Source: Candidatus Bipolaricaulia bacterium
Lineage (GTDB): Bacteria > Bipolaricaulota > Bipolaricaulia > JBHIAT01
NCBI GenBank assembly: GCA_046758705.1
Contig: JBHIAT010000043.1
Location: 1-22,526 of the forward strand
Direction: 5' to 3'
DNA: 22,526 bases
Part shown: positions 7,522 through 15,519 of the stretch, in pieces
How positions within the stretch are numbered: position 1 is the stretch's first letter
Layout: each line of letters starts with the position of its first letter
Made by a program: the position numbers and the translations under genes
The notes under the pieces: generated by a model
Seen by the model: only the letters and a program-made list of their open reading frames with translations
The model's database searches: none
What the model was told of the DNA's origin: nothing

Positions 7522-8994
7522 GTGAAAAAAGAAGTGATGGAGATGTTCGTTGACGGACAGTGGATCGAAAGTGAAACCGGTGAAACGTTTGAGAGCATCA
7601 GTCCTGCCACCGGAGAGACGATTGCGACCTTGCCGTTGGGATCACAGAGAGATGCACAAAAAGCCGTGCAGGCGGCTCGAAGAGATCAACCGGAGTTGGC
7701 AAAAATGACCGCTTTTGAACGAGGCGAGTTATGCCATCGCATTGCCGAGGAAATTGAAAACGAACGTGACAGTTTAACCTGCTGGTTGGCCATGGATCAA
7801 GGCAAGCCCTATAAGACCGAGGCACGTTTGGAGGTCGATCAGACCATCAGGCATTTCAAGGAGGCTGCAGAGGACGTAACACGTCTGGAAACACCGGTCC
7901 TCCAATCTAGGGATCCCCATAAGCGCATCTTTTTAATCCGTCAACCGCGGGGAGTTTATGGGGTGATCACCCCATGGAATTTCCCGTTGGCGATTCCCGT
8001 CGAATATCTCAGTGCGGCGTTGGCCACCGGCAACGCAGTCGTTTGGAACCCAGCTTCAACCACGTCGGCGATTGCCGTTAAGCTGGCCGAATGCCTGGAA
8101 AGAGCACTGCAACGTGACGGGGTCCCCCCAGGCGTATTTAACCTGGTGACCGGTAAAGGCTCCGTGGTCGGAGACACGCTGGTGACCAGCGAAGGAGTCG
8201 ACGCCATCGGCCTGACCGGAAGTCCGGAGGTGGGTGAGCAAGTTGCTCGGCGTGCCGGCTTGAAGAATTTACTGTTGGAACTGGGGGGCAACGGTCCGGT
8301 GATCGTGCTCGACGATGCCGATGTCGAAGAGGCAGCCAAAGCCATCGCCTTCGGCGCCTTCTATTGCGCCGGGCAGGTCTGCGTCGCCAGCGAACGGATC
8401 CTGGTCCATGAGGCCGTCTACGATGAATTCATCGACCATCTGGTGGAAGAGACCTGCAAGGTCAAACTCGGGCCGTCATTGGACGAGGAGACCACCATGG
8501 GCCCCCTGAACAACTCGGAGGTGGCCGATAAGATGGACCGGCACATTCAAGACGCTGTGGAAAAGGGAGCCAAGGTGATCTATGGCGGCGAGCGCGCCCC
8601 CGGTTTTCCGACCGACCTCTACTACCAACCGACCGTTTTGGTCGATGTTCCCAGAGATTCCTTGGTGAACCGGGAGGAGACCTTCGGCCCGATTGCACCG
8701 GTGATGACGTTCAAGAGCTATGAGGAGGCCCTGGAGATCACCAACGAGATCGACCTGGGTCTTCTGGCATCTGTCTTCACCAGCAGCCTGAAAAACGCCT
8801 TCTACTTCTCCGAGAAGATTCAGACCGGCGCGGTCAACATCAACGAGACAAGCGACTACTGGGAAATTCACACGCCCGTCGGGGGATACTCCGGCAAGAA
8901 GAGCGGTATCGGTCGGATCGGAGGTCGCTGGACGATCGAGGAGATGACCCAGCTTAAGACCATCAGCATGGATATCGCCAAGGTCAAGGGTTAA
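7522..8994 (+). CDS. NAD(P)-dependent aldehyde dehydrogenase
   Basis: ITPWNFP, LTGSPEVG, LELGGNGP, catalytic Cys in AGQVCVA, EETFGP. Start moved to GTG 7522 after a GGAGGT RBS. Confidence 0.95.
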   Translation: MKKEVMEMFVDGQWIESETGETFESISPATGETIATLPLGSQRDAQKAVQAARRDQPELAKMTAFERGELCHRIAEEIENERDSLTCWLAMDQGKPYKTEARLEVDQTIRHFKEAAEDVTRLETPVLQSRDPHKRIFLIRQPRGVYGVITPWNFPLAIPVEYLSAALATGNAVVWNPASTTSAIAVKLAECLERALQRDGVPPGVFNLVTGKGSVVGDTLVTSEGVDAIGLTGSPEVGEQVARRAGLKNLLLELGGNGPVIVLDDADVEEAAKAIAFGAFYCAGQVCVASERILVHEAVYDEFIDHLVEETCKVKLGPSLDEETTMGPLNNSEVADKMDRHIQDAVEKGAKVIYGGERAPGFPTDLYYQPTVLVDVPRDSLVNREETFGPIAPVMTFKSYEEALEITNEIDLGLLASVFTSSLKNAFYFSEKIQTGAVNINETSDYWEIHTPVGGYSGKKSGIGRIGGRWTIEEMTQLKTISMDIAKVKG

Positions 8995-9043
8995 TTAATC
9001 CAGGACAGGGAATAAACACTTAAAACTTTAACAGGAGGGACAA

Positions 9044-10720
9044 GTGACCGAAACACGATCGATTTCGATCGCAATTTGTCAGTTCGGATACCCCACAGCG
9101 GAGTTCCCGTTTTATCACGTCAAGGTATGCATGAAGCTAGAGGATACCGATCTTAAGGTGGATAACATCGTCGCGAATGGCGATAAAATTCGTGATTTTC
9201 AGGTTTTTAACGATGGAAAAGAATCCTACAAAAAGATTGCCGAGGCAAACGCCAAAACCGAGATCGTAGCCCGGGTGAACTGGGAGAACGATCGATCCTA
9301 TGATCTGAAAATTGTGGGTGAGCCGTCCTCCACTGGGGATTCGATAGAGTTAGAGGGGATTACGGCTCATGCCCCTTCCTATGGAGGCTACTGGGACAAG
9401 GCCTGGAAACACTATGCCGGTGCGGTCCTCACAGAAACGGCCGGAATCTCCAGAGATAAGGAGCCGGTTCACCTCACCTTAAGTTGCTACGAGGACCGCA
9501 TCGACAGCGCGGACGAGATCAGGGTGGTAGGCATAGACCCGGAGACAGGCGCTGCCGAGGAGGTTCCGTGTCAGGTCTACGGATTCGACCGGTGGAACGT
9601 CTCCGAGCTGGTAGAGAAGGAATCGTACCGATACCAGCCGACGGTGACCCTGGAGTTGGCGTTTCTCGCCGATGTCTCGGCCGACGCTCAGAAGGTGTAC
9701 CTCATCTTCTATGGCAACCCCCAAGCGGCAGCACCGACGTATGAGACCGATCTGAAGGTCATCCCAGGATCCCATCAACTGGAGCTGGAGATAGAAAACG
9801 ATGACTACCGGATGAAGTTGCACGATAAGAGCGGATTTATTGACGAGATCACGATAAAGCAGGGAGTCCATGCCCAACTCGATCACCACCTGGAGCCACC
9901 GGGCACGATCCATTGGAATCCAGGTTGTTACGCCCCTCCACGGGCATGGAGCCATGCTTCGGATTGGAATCCTCCCGATCACTTCACCGAGACTGCAGGC
10001 CCGATATTCCTGATGAGACAGTACTGGGGAAAGCTGCCTTTCGAGATCGATGAGATATCCGCTTCGGTCACCTACCTGTTCTACGCGCATAACCCCTATA
10101 TGGTCATATCGACGACTTTGAAGATCGATGCGGCCATAACCGTTCAGGCGTTACGCAACGGCGAGTTTGTTTTCAAAAAGGATCAGTTCGATGAATTTAT
10201 TTGGAAGGACAACACCGGGGAAGTCGGTCGATTGAAGCTGGCCGAAGCCCGTCCGCATCCCGGCCAAGCGGTCAGAATCGCTCCGAATGTGCCCTGGTTG
10301 GCATTGCTCAATCGCGAGGGAGGCTATGGCTTTGGAGGAATCTCATTGTCGTACGTGAACGAACGGTTGAACGAAGGGTTGGTCAGAATCACACAACCAC
10401 ACTTTTACATAGAAATAGGCCCCTGGGTCTACTGGTGTCGACCGTTGATCAACACCTTTATAACCAATAACCCGCAGAGAATGGTGAGAGTACCAGAGGG
10501 ATGTCTCTATCTGGAAAGGAACGCATATTTGCCTTTTCAGCTCAACCCGGATAATGAATATGCGGCCCTCGACAGGTATCAGAAGATGCTCTCACATCCG
10601 CTAGAGGTGGTAGAGATCTTCATGGACACCGCTCAACGGGTTCCAGAAAAGTGGGTTCAGGGCATCATATCCGAAGCGTTTGAAGAGCTCCCTCCGGAGG
10701 AGGTCTTTCAATCAGATTAA
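9044..10720 (+). CDS. Uncharacterised 558-aa protein, predicted beta-rich
   Basis: Long ORF with AGGAGG RBS, inside the operon; segments EPVHL..EIRVV..EVPCQVY..LAFLADV..YLIFYGNP..IENDDYRMKL; no catalytic motif recognised. Confidence 0.8.
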   Translation: MTETRSISIAICQFGYPTAEFPFYHVKVCMKLEDTDLKVDNIVANGDKIRDFQVFNDGKESYKKIAEANAKTEIVARVNWENDRSYDLKIVGEPSSTGDSIELEGITAHAPSYGGYWDKAWKHYAGAVLTETAGISRDKEPVHLTLSCYEDRIDSADEIRVVGIDPETGAAEEVPCQVYGFDRWNVSELVEKESYRYQPTVTLELAFLADVSADAQKVYLIFYGNPQAAAPTYETDLKVIPGSHQLELEIENDDYRMKLHDKSGFIDEITIKQGVHAQLDHHLEPPGTIHWNPGCYAPPRAWSHASDWNPPDHFTETAGPIFLMRQYWGKLPFEIDEISASVTYLFYAHNPYMVISTTLKIDAAITVQALRNGEFVFKKDQFDEFIWKDNTGEVGRLKLAEARPHPGQAVRIAPNVPWLALLNREGGYGFGGISLSYVNERLNEGLVRITQPHFYIEIGPWVYWCRPLINTFITNNPQRMVRVPEGCLYLERNAYLPFQLNPDNEYAALDRYQKMLSHPLEVVEIFMDTAQRVPEKWVQGIISEAFEELPPEEVFQSD

Positions 10721-10764
10721 TCACCGGTAAACAATCGAATTAACAGTATCTCGAAGGGGGGCTT

Positions 10765-11640
10765 ATGAGAAACGATTTTACCTACTACGATCTCAATCTG
10801 GGCAGAATGAGCAAAGATATTGGTCTTCTATTTCCCAATTGGGACGGTAAAGAGACCTTGGCCGTGCTCTCTCCCCACGATGACGACGCCCTACTGGGGG
10901 CCGGTTATGCGATGCTGGCCGCGCTTTCTGAAGGTGCCGAAGTCTACATCTTCATCTTCTGCAATGGCTGCGCAGGATATAGCACGATTGAGGAGAAGGA
11001 CTCGATCGTGGAAATCAGAAAAGAGGAGACCCGGGAGGCCTATGTCCGCTTAGGCATCGACGAGGATCACATCCTTCGCCTGGATTATGACGACTTCAGC
11101 GTCGCTCCCTATCTCGGCTGGCACCTGCCGGGAGGAACGGAAGGCACGCTTGCACAATCCCTCCCCAAACTCAGAGAGATCGATACCACTCGATTGCTCA
11201 TTCCCAACGGATATAGAGAACATTTGGATCACACTGCCGTGCATCAGGTCGGCGCTTTCGACGGACCTCAAGTTGGAGATCCCATTTTAGTCGATTGGGG
11301 TGAAACGGAGCCGATCACGAGCTTTTTGGAGTATGCGGTATGGGGTGATTTTTCTCCCGAAGACGCTTTAACCTCCGGTCGAAAAACCACATTAAGGGGA
11401 AATCGAGTCGTAGAGGCCAACAGCGCGATTGAACAACGAATTCGTGACACAATTCAGCGATTCCAATCACAACAGGATATCATCGAAGGCTTGATCGCCC
11501 ATCGTGAGCAAAGGCGATTTCAGAGCGGCCATATCGAGATATATCTGGATTTTGATCCTCGACCCAGCCTGAACTATTCGCCCTACAAGGAGCATTTGGA
11601 AAGCTTCAAAAGGGAGGGGTGGTTAAGAGATGCGCTTTGA
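10765..11640 (+). CDS. PIG-L/LmbE-family N-acetyl sugar deacetylase
   Basis: LSPHDDDALLG metal motif, RKEETREAY..LG, EHLDH. Confidence 0.9.
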   Translation: MRNDFTYYDLNLGRMSKDIGLLFPNWDGKETLAVLSPHDDDALLGAGYAMLAALSEGAEVYIFIFCNGCAGYSTIEEKDSIVEIRKEETREAYVRLGIDEDHILRLDYDDFSVAPYLGWHLPGGTEGTLAQSLPKLREIDTTRLLIPNGYREHLDHTAVHQVGAFDGPQVGDPILVDWGETEPITSFLEYAVWGDFSPEDALTSGRKTTLRGNRVVEANSAIEQRIRDTIQRFQSQQDIIEGLIAHREQRRFQSGHIEIYLDFDPRPSLNYSPYKEHLESFKREGWLRDAL

Positions 11641-11809
11641 ATTCGAACTTTCAGAATTTATTAACTTCCGCGATCAAGAGGCGTGCAAACGAGTCAGGGC
11701 CATTAACAAGGAAGAGATCACAGATCATCCAAACGATCAGTTTAAGATCAGGGTGATCGAGAAACCGGCCAATTGGGGAGGTCTGTTACGGTGGAATTGC
11801 AGGGATTGA
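11630..11809 (+). pseudogene. Truncated N-terminal remnant of a NagB/glucosamine-6-P isomerase-like gene (59 aa; below ORF track cut-off)
   Basis: MRFEFELSEFINFRDQEACKRVRAINKEEITDHPNDQFKIRVIEKP..., overlapping the deacetylase stop with a GGAGG RBS. From memory it resembles the FRD..RVR.I..E.I..HPN..FKIRVI N-terminus of NagB-like proteins; similarity ends near 11765. Confidence 0.6.
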
Positions 11810-11820
11810 GGGGTGATAGA

Positions 11821-12585
11821 ATGCTGTTAGAAGAGATGAGCTGGAGGGACGCAAAGGAAGCTTTTCAAAGAACGGACATCGTGCTCGTTCCAACAGGAAG
11901 CACCGAACAGCACGGTCCGCACTGTCCACTTGGCACAGATTTCATGATCGCGCAAGGGATCGCACGGGTAGCGGCTAACGCTCACCAGGTCGTGTGCGTT
12001 CCCACCACCTGCATCACGGTCTCCCCCCATCATCGTCAGTTCCCCGGAACGCTGTGGGTTCAACCCGACACCTTTCGGTCCTATATGACCGACGTGACCC
12101 TAAGCTTAAACTACCACGGTGTAAACAAGATCGTCTTCGTCAACGGACACGGAGGGAACGGGGCCGCGCTCGCCGAGGTCGCGTATAGGCTGCGCCACGA
12201 GCATGACGTCTATGCGGTCACGTGGAACTGGTTTCCAGCGATCGAAGATGTCGTCTTCGAAAACTTCGACCAGTCGGTAAATCACGCCGATGGACCGGAG
12301 ACGTCGATGATGCTGTTTATCAACGAGGATCTGGTGCAGGAAGAGTATCTTGAAGAAGCGGCACGCGGCGCTTCTCCAAGCTGGGGCCAGTTCGTGGCCG
12401 GGGCTGAGGTCTCCTCGGACACCATCGACTTCTCCGAGAGTGGTGCGGCAGGGTCGCCACCGACAGCGGCTTCAAAAGAGAAAGGCGAAATTCTGTTCGC
12501 CGCTGCTGTGGAAAAGCTTGGCGAACTGATCGCCTGGTTAAGGGAGCAGGATCTCTCGGAATTGCGCGTCAAGCCACCCAAGTGA
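11821..12585 (+). CDS. Creatininase/creatinine amidohydrolase family protein
   Basis: LEEMSW, PTGSTEQHGPHCPLGTD, NGHGGN, HADGPETS; start moved to ATG 11821. Confidence 0.93.
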   Translation: MLLEEMSWRDAKEAFQRTDIVLVPTGSTEQHGPHCPLGTDFMIAQGIARVAANAHQVVCVPTTCITVSPHHRQFPGTLWVQPDTFRSYMTDVTLSLNYHGVNKIVFVNGHGGNGAALAEVAYRLRHEHDVYAVTWNWFPAIEDVVFENFDQSVNHADGPETSMMLFINEDLVQEEYLEEAARGASPSWGQFVAGAEVSSDTIDFSESGAAGSPPTAASKEKGEILFAAAVEKLGELIAWLREQDLSELRVKPPK

Positions 12586-12679
12586 GGGTTCAGGTGGTCA
12601 CGATCGAGATCGAGTCGATCGGCGTTCTGGTGAATCGGGTCATTCAAGTTTAAGATCTGAGCAGCAGGAGGCTTACCCA

Positions 12680-13804
12680 GTGAAACTCGAAATTTTTGAG
12701 ATGGAGCGATTGCAGTCCAAATGGGAGAACCGGGTCCAATACAATCTTTCCGAAAGCGGGATTCACCCTCTCTCCCTAAAAGAGCTGCTCAGCGAAGATG
12801 AGGTTGACGAACTGCTCTCGTTACGTCTGGGCTACAATCAGACGAACGGGACCGAAGCGCTAAGAGAAAAGATCAGCCACCTCTATCCGGGCACGGATGC
12901 CGATAACATCCTGGTGACAAACGGTTCCGCAGAAGCCAATTTTATCTCAATCTGGAGCCAGATAGAGCCCGGGGATGAACTGATCTTTATGGTGCCGAAC
13001 TACATGCAGATTTGGGGACTTGCCCGTTCCTTGGCCGCTGTCGTTAAGCCATTCCATCTGAGACAGGAACTGAACTGGGCCCCAGATCTTGAAGAGCTGA
13101 AACAGCTGATCTCGTCTCGGACCAAGATGATCGTCCTCTGTAATCCGAATAACCCGACCGGCGCCACCTTGAGCGAGAAGTCCATGGAGGAGATCGTTCG
13201 GCTGGCCGAGAACGTGGGTGCCTGGATCTTATGCGACGAAGTCTATCGCGGTGCAGAATTAACCGGTGAGGAAACGCCAACCTTCTGGGGTTGCTATGAG
13301 AAGGTGATCGTCAGCCATGGACTCTCCAAAGCCTATAGCCTTCCCGGTTTGAGAATTGGCTGGTCGATTGGACCCAAAAAACTTATCGAAACAAGCTGGG
13401 CGTATCATGATTATTTAACCATCGCTCCAGGGATTATGAGTGACCGGCTGGCCCGCTTGGCCCTGGAGCCAGAGATGCGACGAAAAATCTTGGCCCGCAG
13501 CCGAAAAATCTTGACCGCAAATTTAAATTCGCTCAAGGCATGGCTCAACAGATACCCTGACCTATTCGAGCTGGTTCCTCCGCGTGCCGGAGCCATCGCT
13601 TTCATACGCTACAATTTGGAGATTAACTCCACGCAACTGGTCATGAAACTGCTTCATGAAAAAAGCGTTTTGGTGGTGCCCGGTAATTGTTTCGGCCTGG
13701 ATCACTTCATCCGTCTTGGCTACGGTGTAGAAAAGGATTATCTGTTAGCCGGTTTAGGGCTCATCGATGAGACGTTGCGAGAATTGAGCGACCACGCCAG
13801 GTAG
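12680..13804 (+). CDS. PLP-dependent aminotransferase class I/II
   Basis: YNLSES, VTNGSAEAN, NPNNPTG, DEVY, SKAYSLPGLRIGW (PLP Lys), FIRLGYG. Confidence 0.93.
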   Translation: MKLEIFEMERLQSKWENRVQYNLSESGIHPLSLKELLSEDEVDELLSLRLGYNQTNGTEALREKISHLYPGTDADNILVTNGSAEANFISIWSQIEPGDELIFMVPNYMQIWGLARSLAAVVKPFHLRQELNWAPDLEELKQLISSRTKMIVLCNPNNPTGATLSEKSMEEIVRLAENVGAWILCDEVYRGAELTGEETPTFWGCYEKVIVSHGLSKAYSLPGLRIGWSIGPKKLIETSWAYHDYLTIAPGIMSDRLARLALEPEMRRKILARSRKILTANLNSLKAWLNRYPDLFELVPPRAGAIAFIRYNLEINSTQLVMKLLHEKSVLVVPGNCFGLDHFIRLGYGVEKDYLLAGLGLIDETLRELSDHAR

Positions 13805-13884
13805 TCAGGTTGGCGGCTTCGTGGTTGACTGTTGCTTTGGAAGCTGCGATCTGCTAAGTTGAGTCGAACGAAGGGTGAAACATC

Positions 13885-15513
13885 ATGGAAACCAGATGGA
13901 AGCTAGAGAAGCCTGCAAACGAGGCGGATCGAATTCCGACTTACGCCCCCGGGACGCCCGAACGGGAGCGTCTCCTGGGGCAGATTGAAGCCCTCAAGTC
14001 CCAGACCGAGGAGATCCCCGTCATCGTCGGCGGCCGGGCGGTCCAGACTGGCGAACTCTTCGAAGTCCGCTGTCCCCACGATCACCAACGGGTCCTGGCA
14101 CACGCTCATCTGGCCACGGAAACGGAGCTTAACCAGGCCATCGACGTGGCGCTGGAGGCTCAACAGGCGTGGACAGCCCTCGATGGCTACCAGCGCGCTG
14201 CCGTCTTCCACCGGGCGGCAGATCTCCTGGCCGGATCCCGTCGCATCGAGAACATCGCCGCCATCATGGTAAACCAGTCCAAGACGCCCTTCGAGGCTGA
14301 GATCGACCTGGCTGAGCTGGTCGATTTTTGGCGTTTTAATGCCTATTACATGCAGTTCTTGTACGAACAGCAGCCCGACCAGGGGCCTAACGAACTCAAC
14401 CGCTTCGACTGGCGCCCCCTCGAGGGGTTCGTGCTTGCCGTTCCACCTTTCAACTTCTACTCCATCGGGGGCAACCTGCCCACCGCCCCTGCCCTGGTGG
14501 GCAACGTGGTCCTCTGGAAGCCGTCACGCTTGGTGCTCTTGGCCAATTACCGCATCATGCAAGTGCTCCAGGAAGCGGGTCTCCCCGACGGCGTGATCCA
14601 GTTCGTACCGTTTTCCAGCCGGTACAGCGATGTGATGCTCGGACATCCTGCCTTCGCCGGCCTGCACTTCACGGGGAGCTACGAGACGCTGGTGCACCTG
14701 TGGCAGCGTATCGGCGAGCATCTCAGCGATTACAGAAATTTCCCCCGCATCGTGGGTGAGACCGGCGGCAAAGATTTTATCTTTGTGCATCGGTCGGCGG
14801 ACGTCGAGACGGTTGCTGCCAACGTCATCCGGGGGGCGTTTGAGTATCAGGGCCAGAAGTGCTCCGCCGCCTCACGGATGTACGTGCCCGACAACCTGTG
14901 GGAGCCCCTCAAGGTGCGGCTAAACGAGGAGTTGCCCAAGCTCAACGTTGGCCCCGTCGACGACCTGAGCGTCGCCATCGGAGCCATCATCAGCGATGAG
15001 GCTTTCCAGAAGATCATCTCATATATCGAGCACGCCAAACAGCACCCTAAAGAGTACGAGATCGTCTACGGAGGCGACTACGACGATGCCCAAGGCTGGT
15101 TCGTCACACCCACGGTCGTGGTCACAAAGGACCCGCGCAGCAAGCTCATGGTTGAGGAGATCTTCGGACCGGTGCTGACCGTCTACGTCTATCTCGACGA
15201 AGCGTATGAGGAGACGCTGAGGTTGTGCGACGCATCGACGGTTTACGGGCTCACCGGTGCGATCTTCGCCCAGGATCGAGAGGCGATTGAGCAGGCCAAG
15301 CGCGTTCTGCGTTATGCAGCCGGCAACTTCTACATCAATGACAAGCCGACGGGGGCGATCGTAGGGAGACAGCCGTTCGGAGGCGCACGTCACTCGGGGA
15401 CGAACGACAAGGCAGGATCCTGGCTCAACGTGGCCCGCTGGCTCAGCCCGCGGGCGATCAAGGAGACGCCGATCCCGCCGCGCGACTGGCACCGTCCCTA
15501 CATGAAGGAGTGA
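13885..15513 (+). CDS. pruA: 1-pyrroline-5-carboxylate (L-glutamate gamma-semialdehyde) dehydrogenase
   Basis: YAPGTPER, QSKTPFEAEID, DFWRFN, RPLEGFV, PFNF, FPRIVGETGGKDF, AFEYQGQKCSA, FYINDKPTGAIVGRQPFGG.R.SGTNDKAG. Confidence 0.95.
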   Translation: METRWKLEKPANEADRIPTYAPGTPERERLLGQIEALKSQTEEIPVIVGGRAVQTGELFEVRCPHDHQRVLAHAHLATETELNQAIDVALEAQQAWTALDGYQRAAVFHRAADLLAGSRRIENIAAIMVNQSKTPFEAEIDLAELVDFWRFNAYYMQFLYEQQPDQGPNELNRFDWRPLEGFVLAVPPFNFYSIGGNLPTAPALVGNVVLWKPSRLVLLANYRIMQVLQEAGLPDGVIQFVPFSSRYSDVMLGHPAFAGLHFTGSYETLVHLWQRIGEHLSDYRNFPRIVGETGGKDFIFVHRSADVETVAANVIRGAFEYQGQKCSAASRMYVPDNLWEPLKVRLNEELPKLNVGPVDDLSVAIGAIISDEAFQKIISYIEHAKQHPKEYEIVYGGDYDDAQGWFVTPTVVVTKDPRSKLMVEEIFGPVLTVYVYLDEAYEETLRLCDASTVYGLTGAIFAQDREAIEQAKRVLRYAAGNFYINDKPTGAIVGRQPFGGARHSGTNDKAGSWLNVARWLSPRAIKETPIPPRDWHRPYMKE

Positions 15514-15519
15514 AGTACT

